From IMG/VR virus record IMGVR_UViG_3300037424_001060: a stretch of 64,000 nt of DNA, one strand, 5' to 3'. Positions within the stretch are counted from its first letter, which is position 1. Every line of letters starts with the position of its first letter. Below, one piece after another: positions 29,135 to 39,785 of this stretch. This stretch comes from an uncultured virus (IMG/VR IMGVR_UViG_3300037424_001060) (Duplodnaviria; Heunggongvirae; Uroviricota; Caudoviricetes). The notes below the pieces were generated by a model that was not told the origin of the DNA, did no database searches, and saw only the letters and a list, made by a program, of their open reading frames with translations. Position numbers and translations under genes: made by a program.

Positions 29135-29608
29135 ATGACCATCGGCAAGTGCTACGGCGGGCCTCTCAACGGCACCGAGAGAAGAGAACGGGCTGAAAGC
29201 TTTGTCTACAACACAGCGGGGCCTCGCCCGGCCATGGTTGTTGGTTTTGAGCCAGCACCTGTTGACTTTAACATCCAGATTGTACAGCACCGCTACAAGG
29301 TGTCAGCGGCGATTTGCCGCGCCACAACCACGCGCGGTGTGTCAGTTGAACGGCTGCTGTATCTGTGGATACACGAGGACTACAAGCTAACTACTCGCGA
29401 CCGAAGCATCATAATCACCGACTTGTATGAAGTAGCGTGGGAGAGAATTCCAACCTACCAAGACACAGTTGGCATGGACTACGATCAATACAAGCTGTGG
29501 CAGGAAGAGACAATGCACTTTGCTTACTACGTTCGGGTGGGCAGGGTCCAAGTCGTTGACGTGTCACATCTTCCGGCATTCCCGGAGGATTTCTTCAAGG
29601 GATTATAG
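29135..29608 (+). CDS. Hypothetical protein (GGPLNG motif)
   Basis: ATGA overlap; near the end of the plus-strand block. Confidence 0.65.
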   Translation: MTIGKCYGGPLNGTERRERAESFVYNTAGPRPAMVVGFEPAPVDFNIQIVQHRYKVSAAICRATTTRGVSVERLLYLWIHEDYKLTTRDRSIIITDLYEVAWERIPTYQDTVGMDYDQYKLWQEETMHFAYYVRVGRVQVVDVSHLPAFPEDFFKGL

Positions 29609-32600
29609 ACCCCCTGTAGGGTGGATTTGGGACAAAACCAGTAAAGAAAGTTGACAAATGAAAACTGTAGCCTTAGCACTGATGATTACAGCAGCAGCCG
29701 CCGCCGTGGGGGCCGCTGTGATATTCCTTCCCCGCGAAGTCAAAGAAATTAAGAATGAGGCGACGAAACTCGTTAAGAAAGGTATCAAAGCGTCTGGGGT
29801 GTAGCCATGGTGATTACAATTCCACAAACCTCTAAACCGATTGAATCGAAACGCCCATTAGAGTGGCCCGGACGACCAAAACCAAAGCCGGAAGAGCCAC
29901 AGACCAAGACGACCATCGACCCGCACACCAACCTGTGCATCTCGGTGTGCCGTCTCCGGTTTCCAAGGGTGTGAACGACTAGCACAGCGGGCAAGGTTAC
30001 CTTGCCCGCTGTTCTACTACATTCGTGCGGCACATTCTGGGCAAAGCTGCCCATACGCCTCCACCGCTGTGAGGCCCCCAGATGCCCCACATGAAGCGCA
30101 AAACTCCCAGGGTAGTATTGTGCCCTTATCACCCGGTGTCGCGTGCTCGACGAGCACCAGCCCGGTAACATCGAACCCTGACACTCGACCGCGCATCCAG
30201 CTCCTGGCGTCCTCAACAACCAGAAATGTGGGGGCGTCCGGCCGGCGTGGATACCCCTCTTTTGGTTCGATATTGAACGTCATAACCCACACTCACGTTT
30301 GATGCGACCGCGAACCCGTTGGAAGTAGGCGTCCAGGTCGGTTATCAGGTAGCCATAGTCGGCTCCGCACCGGGTGCATTGATTCAAGTCTTCGCAGTGC
30401 CATAGGTAAGTGTGCCCGCAAAGCGGGCACGTTGTTTCAAACCACTCAGTGTCCAGCTTTTTGATGGGTGTCATATCTCCCACCGTTCGTGCGTTCCGTC
30501 CTCGAACACATGGTAAACAACTTGGTGACGGGACATGAACAGCAGATGATTCACGGCCATGCACATACCTTCCTCGTCGCACAGTGCCGGCTCAACGATT
30601 ATCAGTGTATCAACCCGCAGGGTCGTCAGGCTGCACCGGTTACTGGAGAAGCGAACATAGATGCCTTCAAACGGGTTGCTGAAGTAGTCTCCGCCGCCCA
30701 TGGCTGCCGACAGTTCCTTGGCCACTCCCGCCCATAAGTCCATACGAGGGAACAGGATAACAGACGTGTAACCCTTCATCCGTTCTTCTAACGCGAGGAC
30801 CCCGGCTTTTATCATTGATGGAATCATTTCGATGCCTTTCTCGTCATGGGTTTCGTTTCCCAATTTACAGCACCCGGGCCTGTCCAGTCAGGCCGGTTCT
30901 TCTTGAACTTGAGGAAGTCCCAGTCGACCGGCACCAGCCAGTTTACCTTTCCGCCGGTACCGCCGTCTTCTACGCGAAACAGTTGGGCGTCTTCCGGTGT
31001 ATACTCGCTGCGCGTCAGCCACCGATGTGCTTCGTACTTGACGGTGCCGGACCACACCAGCTCCCGGTCATTAAATATCTGATAGATATATCGACTTCTC
31101 ATTGTTCTTTGCTCTTTCTGGTCAGAGTTTCGCCTTTCAGGGAATCCAGCATCGCGGGTATACGGCTCGCGATGATGTCAAGCACCATAACTGTGGAAAA
31201 TGGCAACGCTTTCTCAACGGAATCCAGGATCTGAATGAGCTGTTTTTCAAACGGTTGAAGCCGGTACATTTGACTCGCCTGCTGTTCGAGTCGTGTTATC
31301 CGTTCTTCCGGTGTCATATCGCGATATGCCTGCCCCAGGCCTTCGCAATGTCTACATGTTCGCCCCGGCCCCTCAATATCCCCGTTGTGCCGGCTCCGGG
31401 TATAATGCACCCCGGACCCACAACACGACGGACACTTATCGTAAACCCTCATTATACCTCCCGCTCGTTGGAAAAGTCAATTAGTTTCTGTCCCAATTCT
31501 CGCAACTCGTCGCGCGTCATTGTGGCCGTCGCGACCCCGTCACAGTACCGATAACTAATCTCCAGGGAATATCTGTCGCAATCCCGGTTTTGTTCCACAA
31601 TCTCTACCAAAGAGTCAGAGTTGTAAAACACGCTCTCGGCTCGCATCATGTTGCCTCGCCTTCCCGTGTAAGTGGTGTCGAAATAAACGTCAATAACCTC
31701 TTCCACCCGTCGGTCACTATCTCGTGCAGAGTTTCCTGGATTATCTTTTCATTGTATGTTATCATCAGCGTGCCGAAATTCTTTTTCAACATCATCCGTT
31801 AATGTTCTCCAGCATTTGGCCGATTTTCTCTCCGTAGGTAGTTCCGCCCACCTTGATGTGCAGGGCGTTCGTCGACAATAGTATGCCGCCGGAATCATAC
31901 AGTGATCCCCACAGCTCGCCAATCTGTATGCCTTCCTCTGGGGTTTCGGGCACGATAACAAGCGTGTCTTGTTGCAGGTAAATTCTCATTTCGTTCCTTT
32001 ACTTGAACACCACTTGTTGCATGAGTTTGATAGCCACGCGAGGGATCGACATGGGACAAGACACACCTCCGAACTGGTCATCGTGGGCGCTGACGACAAC
32101 ATACTCATCTTCATCATGCACTAACCAGCCCAATGTCTTAATAACCATAGTCTCGAATCCTTCGCCGCTCTGCCAGCCAGATTTGTAGGCAGAGTCAACC
32201 CATTCAATGTAAACAGCTTCGTATTTGCTCATTTCCACGTCGGCATGATGCCGTCCAAGTAAGGTGATATGACAATGTGAACCCCGGCGAATCGTAGCTC
32301 GTTTATGTCGAGTGGAAGTTCGCGCCACATCTTACTTTTCGTAAGCTCGCGGTGGGAGTCTCTACCGACATAAATCTTCTTTGGCTTCGGCTGCCCCTCA
32401 GCTCTAAGCTTGCTTAGCACCCGACGAATAAAATCCGTAGCGTCGGGGCTCGACACTTCGATCGTTTCAATACCATGGTCCACCATGGAGTAATAGTAGG
32501 TCTTCTTAAGAAGCCCCAGCTTTCGCATGATCCAAGCAAGCCACCTCCATCTTGGAACATCAAATTGATTGTCCAGAGGAAACATCTCTTGGGTGCGGAG

Positions 32601-33340
32601 GGGCCGAGGAAGAGAGAATCGGTAATGTTCCATTATGGACACCTCTTTCTAAACAGTTTCTCAGAACACCAAAACGCATCGGCTATGATTTCTGCATCTT
32701 CTGCTTTGTCAATGTCACCGGTGCGATCATACACTTCACAGCCTACCGTGAACGTGAATTGATCCAGCGTGTCAAAATCGCTCAAATCAAATTCCATATT
32801 CGCGTCGGCGATAAACAACTTGGCCACCGTCAGTTTCCCTTCTGCTTTTCGTATTCTTTCAGTCTCTCAGCCAGCCACTTCATGTAGCCTTGCTTTTTCT
32901 TTAACAACTCTCCCTGTAGGTCATATCTTTTCAAGGCCCTTTCCAGAAATTCGTTGTACTCTTGCTCTGTCTCAAATTCGCCGAATTCACCGTCGACATA
33001 CTCGTGCCCGCACTCGCACACCAATGACAAACGAACAAACTCGCACCAGCTATCGCATCCGTAATAGCCATTGCACAGCCGGGCAACACCCGTCTCAACA
33101 TCATCACAGCACGTCCACGAATCTTCATCGCTATACGGTACAAGTTCAATCTCGGCTCCACATTCTCGGCACTTCATTCGATACCCTTCGTCAATAAGGA
33201 CGCCCAGATCAACCCGACGTTCGCCAGCGAGTAAGCAAAGTATGTCAGCGCCCATGATGGTTGATGCTTGGCGAGAAAGGCACAGCCAGTCAGAAAGTAC
33301 AGGCACATGGTGATGCCCGGCAAAATTACGATTAGCTTGT

Positions 33341-33505
33341 CTACCATAGTGTCGCCTTCAAGTAGTCGTCGATTCTCATTTTGTCACAGCAATACAGAGT
33401 ACCATCTCCATGGTACCAGAGAAAATCTCCGTGATACCAGCGGGGATCGAACAGATAAATCACCCTTCCACAATGACAGCACACAGTCCTAGCAGCTATT
33501 ATCAT
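33341..33505 (-). CDS. Small Cys/His protein, paralog A (54 aa)
   Basis: MIIAARTVCCHCGRVIYL...TLYCCDKMRIDDYLKATLW, translated by hand. Confidence 0.7.
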   Translation of the reverse strand: MIIAARTVCCHCGRVIYLFDPRWYHGDFLWYHGDGTLYCCDKMRIDDYLKATLW

Positions 33506-33514
33506 GCCACTCTC

Positions 33515-34381
33515 TCAATGTAAAATGTAGGAGTTGATTGTGGCTGGAGAGAGTTTCCGGTCAACACCCTGTATGATGTCTAAGGCGTAGGGGACCACTT
33601 CCGCCATCCCCTTAAAGTTCAGAGTCTTGGCATCATCCGTAGTCTTATGATATTCGCTGTTCTTTGTCCCCGTGTGCAGGAACACTGCTGGCACACCCGC
33701 CTTGAGCCAGCTTGCGTGGTCGCTGTTACCTGTGTCTTGTGTGACGGTAATCTTCTCGGCGAAGGGATACTTCTCGTACAGCGGGGTCAGCACATCCAGC
33801 GGACCATCGCCTATCAACTGCCGTTCTTCCAAGTGACCTACCATGTCCAGGTTGAGCATGAACTTGTAATCCTTAATGCTCTTGGTCAGTGGCTTCTCCG
33901 TGCATGCCTTCGATCCAAGCAGGCCGTCTTCCTCTCCCGTGTATCAGTGAAACTCAATTGTGCAGCCCGGCTTAGTCTTAGCGAGCATACCAGCCAGTAC
34001 CAGGACTTCAGCGCACCCCGACGCATTGTCGTCGGCTCCGTTGTATATGTCGCCCCGCCTGTTTTTGCCGATGTGGTCCAGGTGGGCCCCGACCACAATC
34101 CGCGCATCCGTGCGGCCGGGGAGAACAGCCATCAGATTCTTGCAGGTCGCACCAGGGGTTTTCACCGCCTGTGTGAACACTTTCATACCGAGGGCCTCGC
34201 AGTATTTTCTTACATATTCTTGTGCCTGCACCATGCCATCAGAGGCAGGGGCGCGTCCGCCTCGCGCATCATCCGCGAGAAACTCAACATGTGAACGTAG
34301 CTCTTTCTCGGTGCTGGCAAACCCAGTTGTAGCAAACACCAACACAGCGAACCCTACATATAATACGCGTCGAACTACCAT
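33515..34381 (-). pseudogene. Secreted M28-family aminopeptidase interrupted by a single in-frame TGA (33944-33946)
   Basis: Signal peptide, GAHLDH, GADDNASG, H*YTGEEDGLLGS, LNLDMVG, SDHASW, YHKTTD all in one frame. Confidence 0.85.
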
Positions 34382-34530
34382 AGTGTTGCCCTCAAGTAAT
34401 CGTCGATTCTCATTTTGTCGCAGCAATACAGCGTATCATCACTGTGATACCAAAGATCACTGCCTAAGTATAGATAAATTTCTCGCCCGCAATGCCCACA
34501 CACTGTTCTAGCGGCTATTTTATACCACAT
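34375..34530 (-). CDS. Small Cys/His protein, paralog B (51 aa)
   Basis: MWYKIAARTVCGHCGREIYL...TLYCCDKMRIDDYLRATLW. Confidence 0.7.
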   Translation of the reverse strand: MWYKIAARTVCGHCGREIYLYLGSDLWYHSDDTLYCCDKMRIDDYLRATLW

Positions 34531-34539
34531 ACTTTTCTT

Positions 34540-35241
34540 TCAGTGTAAAATGTAGTTCGGGATAGTGCGGATGATTGGTGGGGTGGGTGTCCCGCCATCA
34601 TGCAGTGTTGTCAGGTATGCTACCCGCCTAGCGTTCCATTCAACATAAGCTTCCAGGTCTTTCATCCTGATATACTGTGGGTCGTGTTTCCTCACAGTTC
34701 TGATGAACGCGCGTCCATAACGTGCAAATTCATTCGCGCCATCTTTCCTCGTGTCCGACTTTTCGCCCATCTGCACGTGATACCAGAAGCCGTTCGTGTA
34801 GGCCGTGGCCTCGTCCAGTGCATACAAGGGGATAGTGTTCCATCCTCGTAGCTGGTCCTGAAAGTACAAGTTGAAACGGCTGCCCCTTTCAGACTCCGTT
34901 ATCTCGGCCCCCACTTGACTCAATGTAATGTTCGGCTCTGGCAACGACAGATATCTGCCACCAAAGATGTAGAAACTGTTGTGACCTGATGGTTGCTCTT
35001 TACGGATATCACTTTGCACTTGGTGAGTTAGTTCATGCACCCAATTCCCGGCGTCCTTCTCGTTCCTCATAGGATGTGTATCAGGAGCGTGCTGCTCCAA
35101 GTCGTCGACCACCGGCCCGAATCCCTCTGCCCTCTCTGGATGTGTGGCCGCATATGTGCTCCACGGAATGGTGGTGGCTGGTGGATAATCAGCCACCTGG
35201 AGGCTGATTAACGCCAGAAATACTGCCGCAAAGCTTCCCAT
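34540..35241 (-). CDS. Secreted zincin-like protein (HELTH ... DEATA)
   Basis: Signal peptide; HExxH with a downstream E. Confidence 0.65.
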   Translation of the reverse strand: MGSFAAVFLALISLQVADYPPATTIPWSTYAATHPERAEGFGPVVDDLEQHAPDTHPMRNEKDAGNWVHELTHQVQSDIRKEQPSGHNSFYIFGGRYLSLPEPNITLSQVGAEITESERGSRFNLYFQDQLRGWNTIPLYALDEATAYTNGFWYHVQMGEKSDTRKDGANEFARYGRAFIRTVRKHDPQYIRMKDLEAYVEWNARRVAYLTTLHDGGTPTPPIIRTIPNYILH

Positions 35242-35412
35242 CCCAGGGCCCTCCCAATGATTCCAACAAGCATGAAAGGTGACAACGCCGCGAGTATGGC
35301 TACGCAGACAGCACCCGCCGCCACACAGAACACAAGAGTGATGGTTAACAAAAGCAGGTGGATCAATATGTCCGCACCATCCATCCCCAGGTCAAACAGA
35401 TACTGGTAGGAC

Positions 35413-36459
35413 TTAATCACCATGGTAATCGGCTCCAAGTAACTCAAAGCCTTTGGCGTCCCTTGCAGCCTTGGCTAAATCTAAGGTGTCAAAGCGGCCA
35501 ACAAAGTGTTTCTTGCCGCCCACCTTTATTTCCGCCACATATCGGATACCATCCCGGTATATTCCTTTCACACCGCTAGTGTTGTTTGCCTGCGGCCCCC
35601 GATTATGGGCATTACACGACCGGGTGACAATACGCAAATTGCCTCTCGTGTTGTTCATGCCGTTTCTGTCAATGTGATCCACTTGGTGTGTCTTTGGGTC
35701 ATATACCAGCCCACACCTGTTCACAACATCCTGGTGCATATACACCGACTTGTTTTTGGTTTCCTTACGCTGGGCCCGCTGTAACCCGCTGGCAGTCTCA
35801 GCTACACACCAGCTCCACTGTGACAAATAGTCGTGGTCTTCCGGGCTAATTTTGCACACAATCCCCTTTGATGTGTGCAGCGTGTGCTTGTTGTACAGCA
35901 GGCCATAGTCGATGAATCGCCACCTGTTGTATGTGTCAATGGGAGGGGGTGAGTAAGCCACATGACGAATGTATGCAAGCAAATCATCCCATTCTGAGAA
36001 AACGTGCTGGTGCGGAATTGCGCCCCAGCACCAGTCTGGCATCTCAGCTTTCCCTTGCTCGACGTGCATAAGGATTGGCACCTTTCTGCGATTGAGCAAA
36101 GTGAATTCTTCCCACGTCCCCGTTGAATACACCTCACGATCAATGTGTAAAATCGAGAAGTCACACAGGTCGGCGAGACGGAGGTCGATACACCTTATCA
36201 ATCTCATCTCACGAGACACTGTTTCCCAGTCGCCGATGCGCTTAAGTTCCTTCCGCCGGTTGTGATTCTCCAAGTCCTCGCACGCAAAACCCGGTTGCAT
36301 CGGCTTGTCGCAAGGGTCGAGAAAAATAAAGTCAAGGTCAAATAACGATGACTTTACTCTGTTCCGCCACCCGGTGCCAAAGTCTTTTGCGTTGTCGATC
36401 GGGCCCGACAAGTACACCCTGTTGTAGAACAGCCTGTTGGATTGAAGCATATTGCTCAC
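35413..36459 (-). CDS. Fusion: nucleoside 2-deoxyribosyltransferase-like domain + HNH endonuclease + AP2-like domain
   Basis: VYLSGPID...WR...LDP...DL...STGTWEE, then VDHIDRNGMNNTRGNLR, NNTSGVKGI, GRFDT. Confidence 0.8.
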   Translation of the reverse strand: MSNMLQSNRLFYNRVYLSGPIDNAKDFGTGWRNRVKSSLFDLDFIFLDPCDKPMQPGFACEDLENHNRRKELKRIGDWETVSREMRLIRCIDLRLADLCDFSILHIDREVYSTGTWEEFTLLNRRKVPILMHVEQGKAEMPDWCWGAIPHQHVFSEWDDLLAYIRHVAYSPPPIDTYNRWRFIDYGLLYNKHTLHTSKGIVCKISPEDHDYLSQWSWCVAETASGLQRAQRKETKNKSVYMHQDVVNRCGLVYDPKTHQVDHIDRNGMNNTRGNLRIVTRSCNAHNRGPQANNTSGVKGIYRDGIRYVAEIKVGGKKHFVGRFDTLDLAKAARDAKGFELLGADYHGD

Positions 36460-36558
36460 GGCCACCTCCAATGAGATATAGCGTATATCTGGAAGCCGAC
36501 GATAGCCGCCAGCCCAGCATACACCAGTGTGTAGATTATCAACTCTGCCATCGTGCCC

Positions 36559-37134
36559 TCAATTTCGGAAAGTGAAATCAACTCTCAACACGTTCTCTGA
36601 TGTCATCTGCACGCATTGAAAGTTTGCGTAGTCCATAATTTGCTCTCGATAAACGATCATCGAGCGATGGACATAGACGTCCTGTCCGAAGTGTACCGGA
36701 GGCCACTTCATTTTCAGCTCGAAGTTGTCATCACAAACTTTCAACTCATTAACATCATCCTGCCCAATGTTGCGAACAAACACGCCCTGGTCGGTGTCCA
36801 GTACCAACTGGAATTTATGCTTGTTCGTTTCATCCGTTAGTATTTCGTTGGCCGCGTTAACCCGGCCGGTGATGGTGCGATCTTTCAATTTTAAGAGCCA
36901 GTAGTGTTCCATCTTCCCGTAGGGAACCTTCTGAACTTTCTCCCCGTCGCCCGGATCGTATTCGTCGTACACAATCGGCGGAGGCCTCTTCAGATGGTCG
37001 ATCAGTACATAGAGACGGTTCTTCTCCCTGGTTTGTTCGGGAATGAACTTTGCACCCAGCCACCACAGATAGGTGCCGCCAATGGACATGGTTAGGATGT
37101 ACAAACAGCACAGCCAGACGGGGATCAAAATCAT
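36559..37134 (-). CDS. Membrane-anchored hypothetical protein
   Basis: N-terminal hydrophobic helix. Confidence 0.7.
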   Translation of the reverse strand: MILIPVWLCCLYILTMSIGGTYLWWLGAKFIPEQTREKNRLYVLIDHLKRPPPIVYDEYDPGDGEKVQKVPYGKMEHYWLLKLKDRTITGRVNAANEILTDETNKHKFQLVLDTDQGVFVRNIGQDDVNELKVCDDNFELKMKWPPVHFGQDVYVHRSMIVYREQIMDYANFQCVQMTSENVLRVDFTFRN

Positions 37135-37506
37135 TTGAGTTTCCTTATGCCGCCGTGAAGTAAAACACTATCTCTTCAGCCGGGGACGGGAAGGGTGATC
37201 GCAGACCGCAATCGCCGTCTCCGCCTCGAATCCACCACGTGAGTGTGTATCGAATGATGTACGTATCACCAACCACCAGTTGATGCACACAATCGGGAAT
37301 GAATGTGACCACGTGGTTTCCCGCAAACATTCCAACAACCTCACGGATTTCCATGTCCTCTGTTATGGCCCGTTGGAATTTCCAGCGGATCGTATTTCCT
37401 TCCCGCACCGCCTCAATCGTCGTGAAGCCGACCAAGCTGAAGTCGGCTTCTAGGAAGCCGGTCACCAGTCTCTTCAGCTCATCCTCATCGTGTATGATCG
37501 AGTTCA

Positions 37507-37701
37507 TCAGTATCCACGTCCCCGGTTCTTTCGTGGGATGTTGTCGATGTAGCGATGTCGCACGATAGCGTTTGGTCGGCCGATAGCCCGCTTGGCCATC
37601 TTCCCGCACACCGGGCACTTCAACTTGGACTTCATCTCAGCCATGCTGGACACCCGCTCGAATTGCTCGCCACACTCGCATACATAGTCATAACTTGGCA
37701 C
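37507..37701 (-). CDS. FmdB-family zinc-ribbon protein
   Basis: PSYDYVCECGEQFE...CPVCG. Confidence 0.8.
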   Translation of the reverse strand: MPSYDYVCECGEQFERVSSMAEMKSKLKCPVCGKMAKRAIGRPNAIVRHRYIDNIPRKNRGRGY

Positions 37702-38369
37702 GATTTCGTTCCTCATAGTTGGACACGACCGCGCACCTTTCAGGCCGTTCAACGATCACCCGCCGGCCGCGATCATTCAAGCACACAACGCCCTGCTTTA
37801 TGGTACAGCCGTGGCCGGGCACCTCACACACGGTAGCTTTCTTCAAAGTCATGGTCGACCCTCGCCTGACAGGGTATACAATAATGTCCCCGACCTTGAA
37901 CGTCTTTCCCATGCAGTCAACAACTGCTGGCTCAGTCATCTTTCTCTTCCTCGTCGTAACCAATAGAACTCGGTTTCACCACAGTGGTAAAAGTATTCGA
38001 GAACTTGATAATATCGTCAATGTCATCATCGTACAGACTCGTTCCCAGTCGGTCAGCAAGCCAGCACAAATGACACACTAAGCAATCGTTTGTGGGTTTT
38101 GATGAGTTTGTCTTGAACGCGCGCCGCTTCTTATGCGTGACACACCCCACCAGTGCTCCGTGCTTCGTTTTCGCCTTTCGCATCGCCATACTTAACTCAC
38201 TAAGTATAATGGTGTTCGGTTACGAGGTTCAGGCCATATTCCAATCCGTCCTGAACTACCCACGTCTTTCCGACAGGTATCAACACAGTTATCGTTCGGC
38301 CATCCGGCAGGTGAACAGCAATATGATAGTCACCGTAGCTATCAGGCTCGCCGTGTAAGGTGAGTTCAA

Positions 38370-39104
38370 TCATAGCTTAATCTCCACCTCTTGGCAGTCT
38401 GGCTGATCCTTCAGAATCGAGTCGCACGTCTCGCGGCTGATTTCTATCATGAGCGAGTTAACTCCGCAACGGGGAGCAACGCGTCCGAGGGTTCCGCTCC
38501 CGGCAAACAGGTCAACAACTGTGTCCCCATCTTTACAGCACAGTTTAATGCACCGCTCGTACAGACCTTCATGTAATTGGGTCGGACTAAAAGAGCGGCG
38601 TTGCTTGCTGTTACCGGTGACGCGGGGGAAGTCAAAGACGTCGCCCGGCACACGGCCGCGAGGGTCAGCTCGCTTGTCGCCATTAAGTTGTCGCCAAGAT
38701 GGCACGCGGATCGAGTCAGGGTAAAGTTTTGCATCTTTCTTCTTGAACCGATATAAGAGTCGATGGTTGTTTCCCAGGTCATGATGATTGTGTTCGCCAA
38801 ATGTGAACGTCTGCACGCATGGTTTGAACAGCCAACCCTCATTGTCACGCAGGAACACGTCGCACACATACCCCACCAGTGTTGTGTATCGCGAGTTCAG
38901 GCTGAGCCAAATAAAGTCAGCTACCCTGGAACTGTATTCCAGTATGTCGAACATCATGCGCTCATAGTCGTCTTTTGTGATCTTGTCTTTGAAGCCGGTA
39001 TACTTCAGACCGATGGCGTCGGGTGGGTCAGCAAATATCATTCTTACTGGGCGGGCAGCCTTCAACCAGTCCAGGTAATCGGCACACAGTAGTTGGTTAT
39101 TCAT
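38370..39104 (-). CDS. DNA amino-methyltransferase (N4C/N6A, beta class) with a DPPD motif IV
   Basis: FADPPD near the N-terminus; VVDLFAGSGT SAM-binding motif near the C-terminus. Confidence 0.85.
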   Translation of the reverse strand: MNNQLLCADYLDWLKAARPVRMIFADPPDAIGLKYTGFKDKITKDDYERMMFDILEYSSRVADFIWLSLNSRYTTLVGYVCDVFLRDNEGWLFKPCVQTFTFGEHNHHDLGNNHRLLYRFKKKDAKLYPDSIRVPSWRQLNGDKRADPRGRVPGDVFDFPRVTGNSKQRRSFSPTQLHEGLYERCIKLCCKDGDTVVDLFAGSGTLGRVAPRCGVNSLMIEISRETCDSILKDQPDCQEVEIKL

Positions 39105-39317
39105 TTGGCAGAACCTTTCTCACAACGATCCACAGCTCCGGGACATAGGTTCCTTCCTCAAACACGTCGCCGTTGTCCACATAGCCAACAACCAACTGAC
39201 CTACCTCAAGTCCATCATTCTCGGAGTCTTGGGCCAGCGCTTCCATGATCGCCAGCAGTCCGTCTCCCTCTGCTCTCCCGTCCTTCACTCGCTCGATAGC
39301 TGGCTGGTGTAGCAGGC

Positions 39318-39785
39318 TCATAGCAACCTCTCAAACTTGTAAGCATCCCACAAACGGCCATAGCGAAAGAACGCGTTGGTGTCGCAGCCATTGGCGCGGA
39401 AGAAACACTTGGTCAGCCAGCCGCCAATATAGTCCGGGTCCAGCGGATCGTCGATCTTGTAGCTCGGAACGTATATCCTTAGCAGCCGGTGCTGCTCTTT
39501 CCACGCGTCCTTTTCAATGTTCAGCATCAGTTCCTTGCCTACACCCATGTTGCGAAAATCAGGGTGAGTAGACACTCGCGCGATTATCGTAGTATTGTCC
39601 CGCCTGAACGTCAGGGCCATCCCCACCTTCCTGTTGCTGATGGACGCTACATATGCCTTCTTGTCCTCTTCCAGTAAGAACGTCTTTATCTCGTCCTGTT
39701 CCAGAGGATAATCGAGTGCCTTGCACTCCAGCATAACCAAGTGGCCCAGATCGCGAACTAATGCTGGCTCGACTTTTACGATCAT
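39318..39785 (-). CDS. GNAT (RimI-like) acetyltransferase
   Basis: RVSTHPDFRNMGVGKELM acetyl-CoA motif. Confidence 0.85.
   Translation of the reverse strand: MIVKVEPALVRDLGHLVMLECKALDYPLEQDEIKTFLLEEDKKAYVASISNRKVGMALTFRRDNTTIIARVSTHPDFRNMGVGKELMLNIEKDAWKEQHRLLRIYVPSYKIDDPLDPDYIGGWLTKCFFRANGCDTNAFFRYGRLWDAYKFERLL

Noticed and set aside
33944..33946. Genome-wide stop-codon reassignment (TGA or TAA/TAG)
   Set aside because: All three stops terminate many well-packed genes, including ATGA overlaps, and long genes such as PolA are uninterrupted under code 11. The few internal stops look gene-specific.
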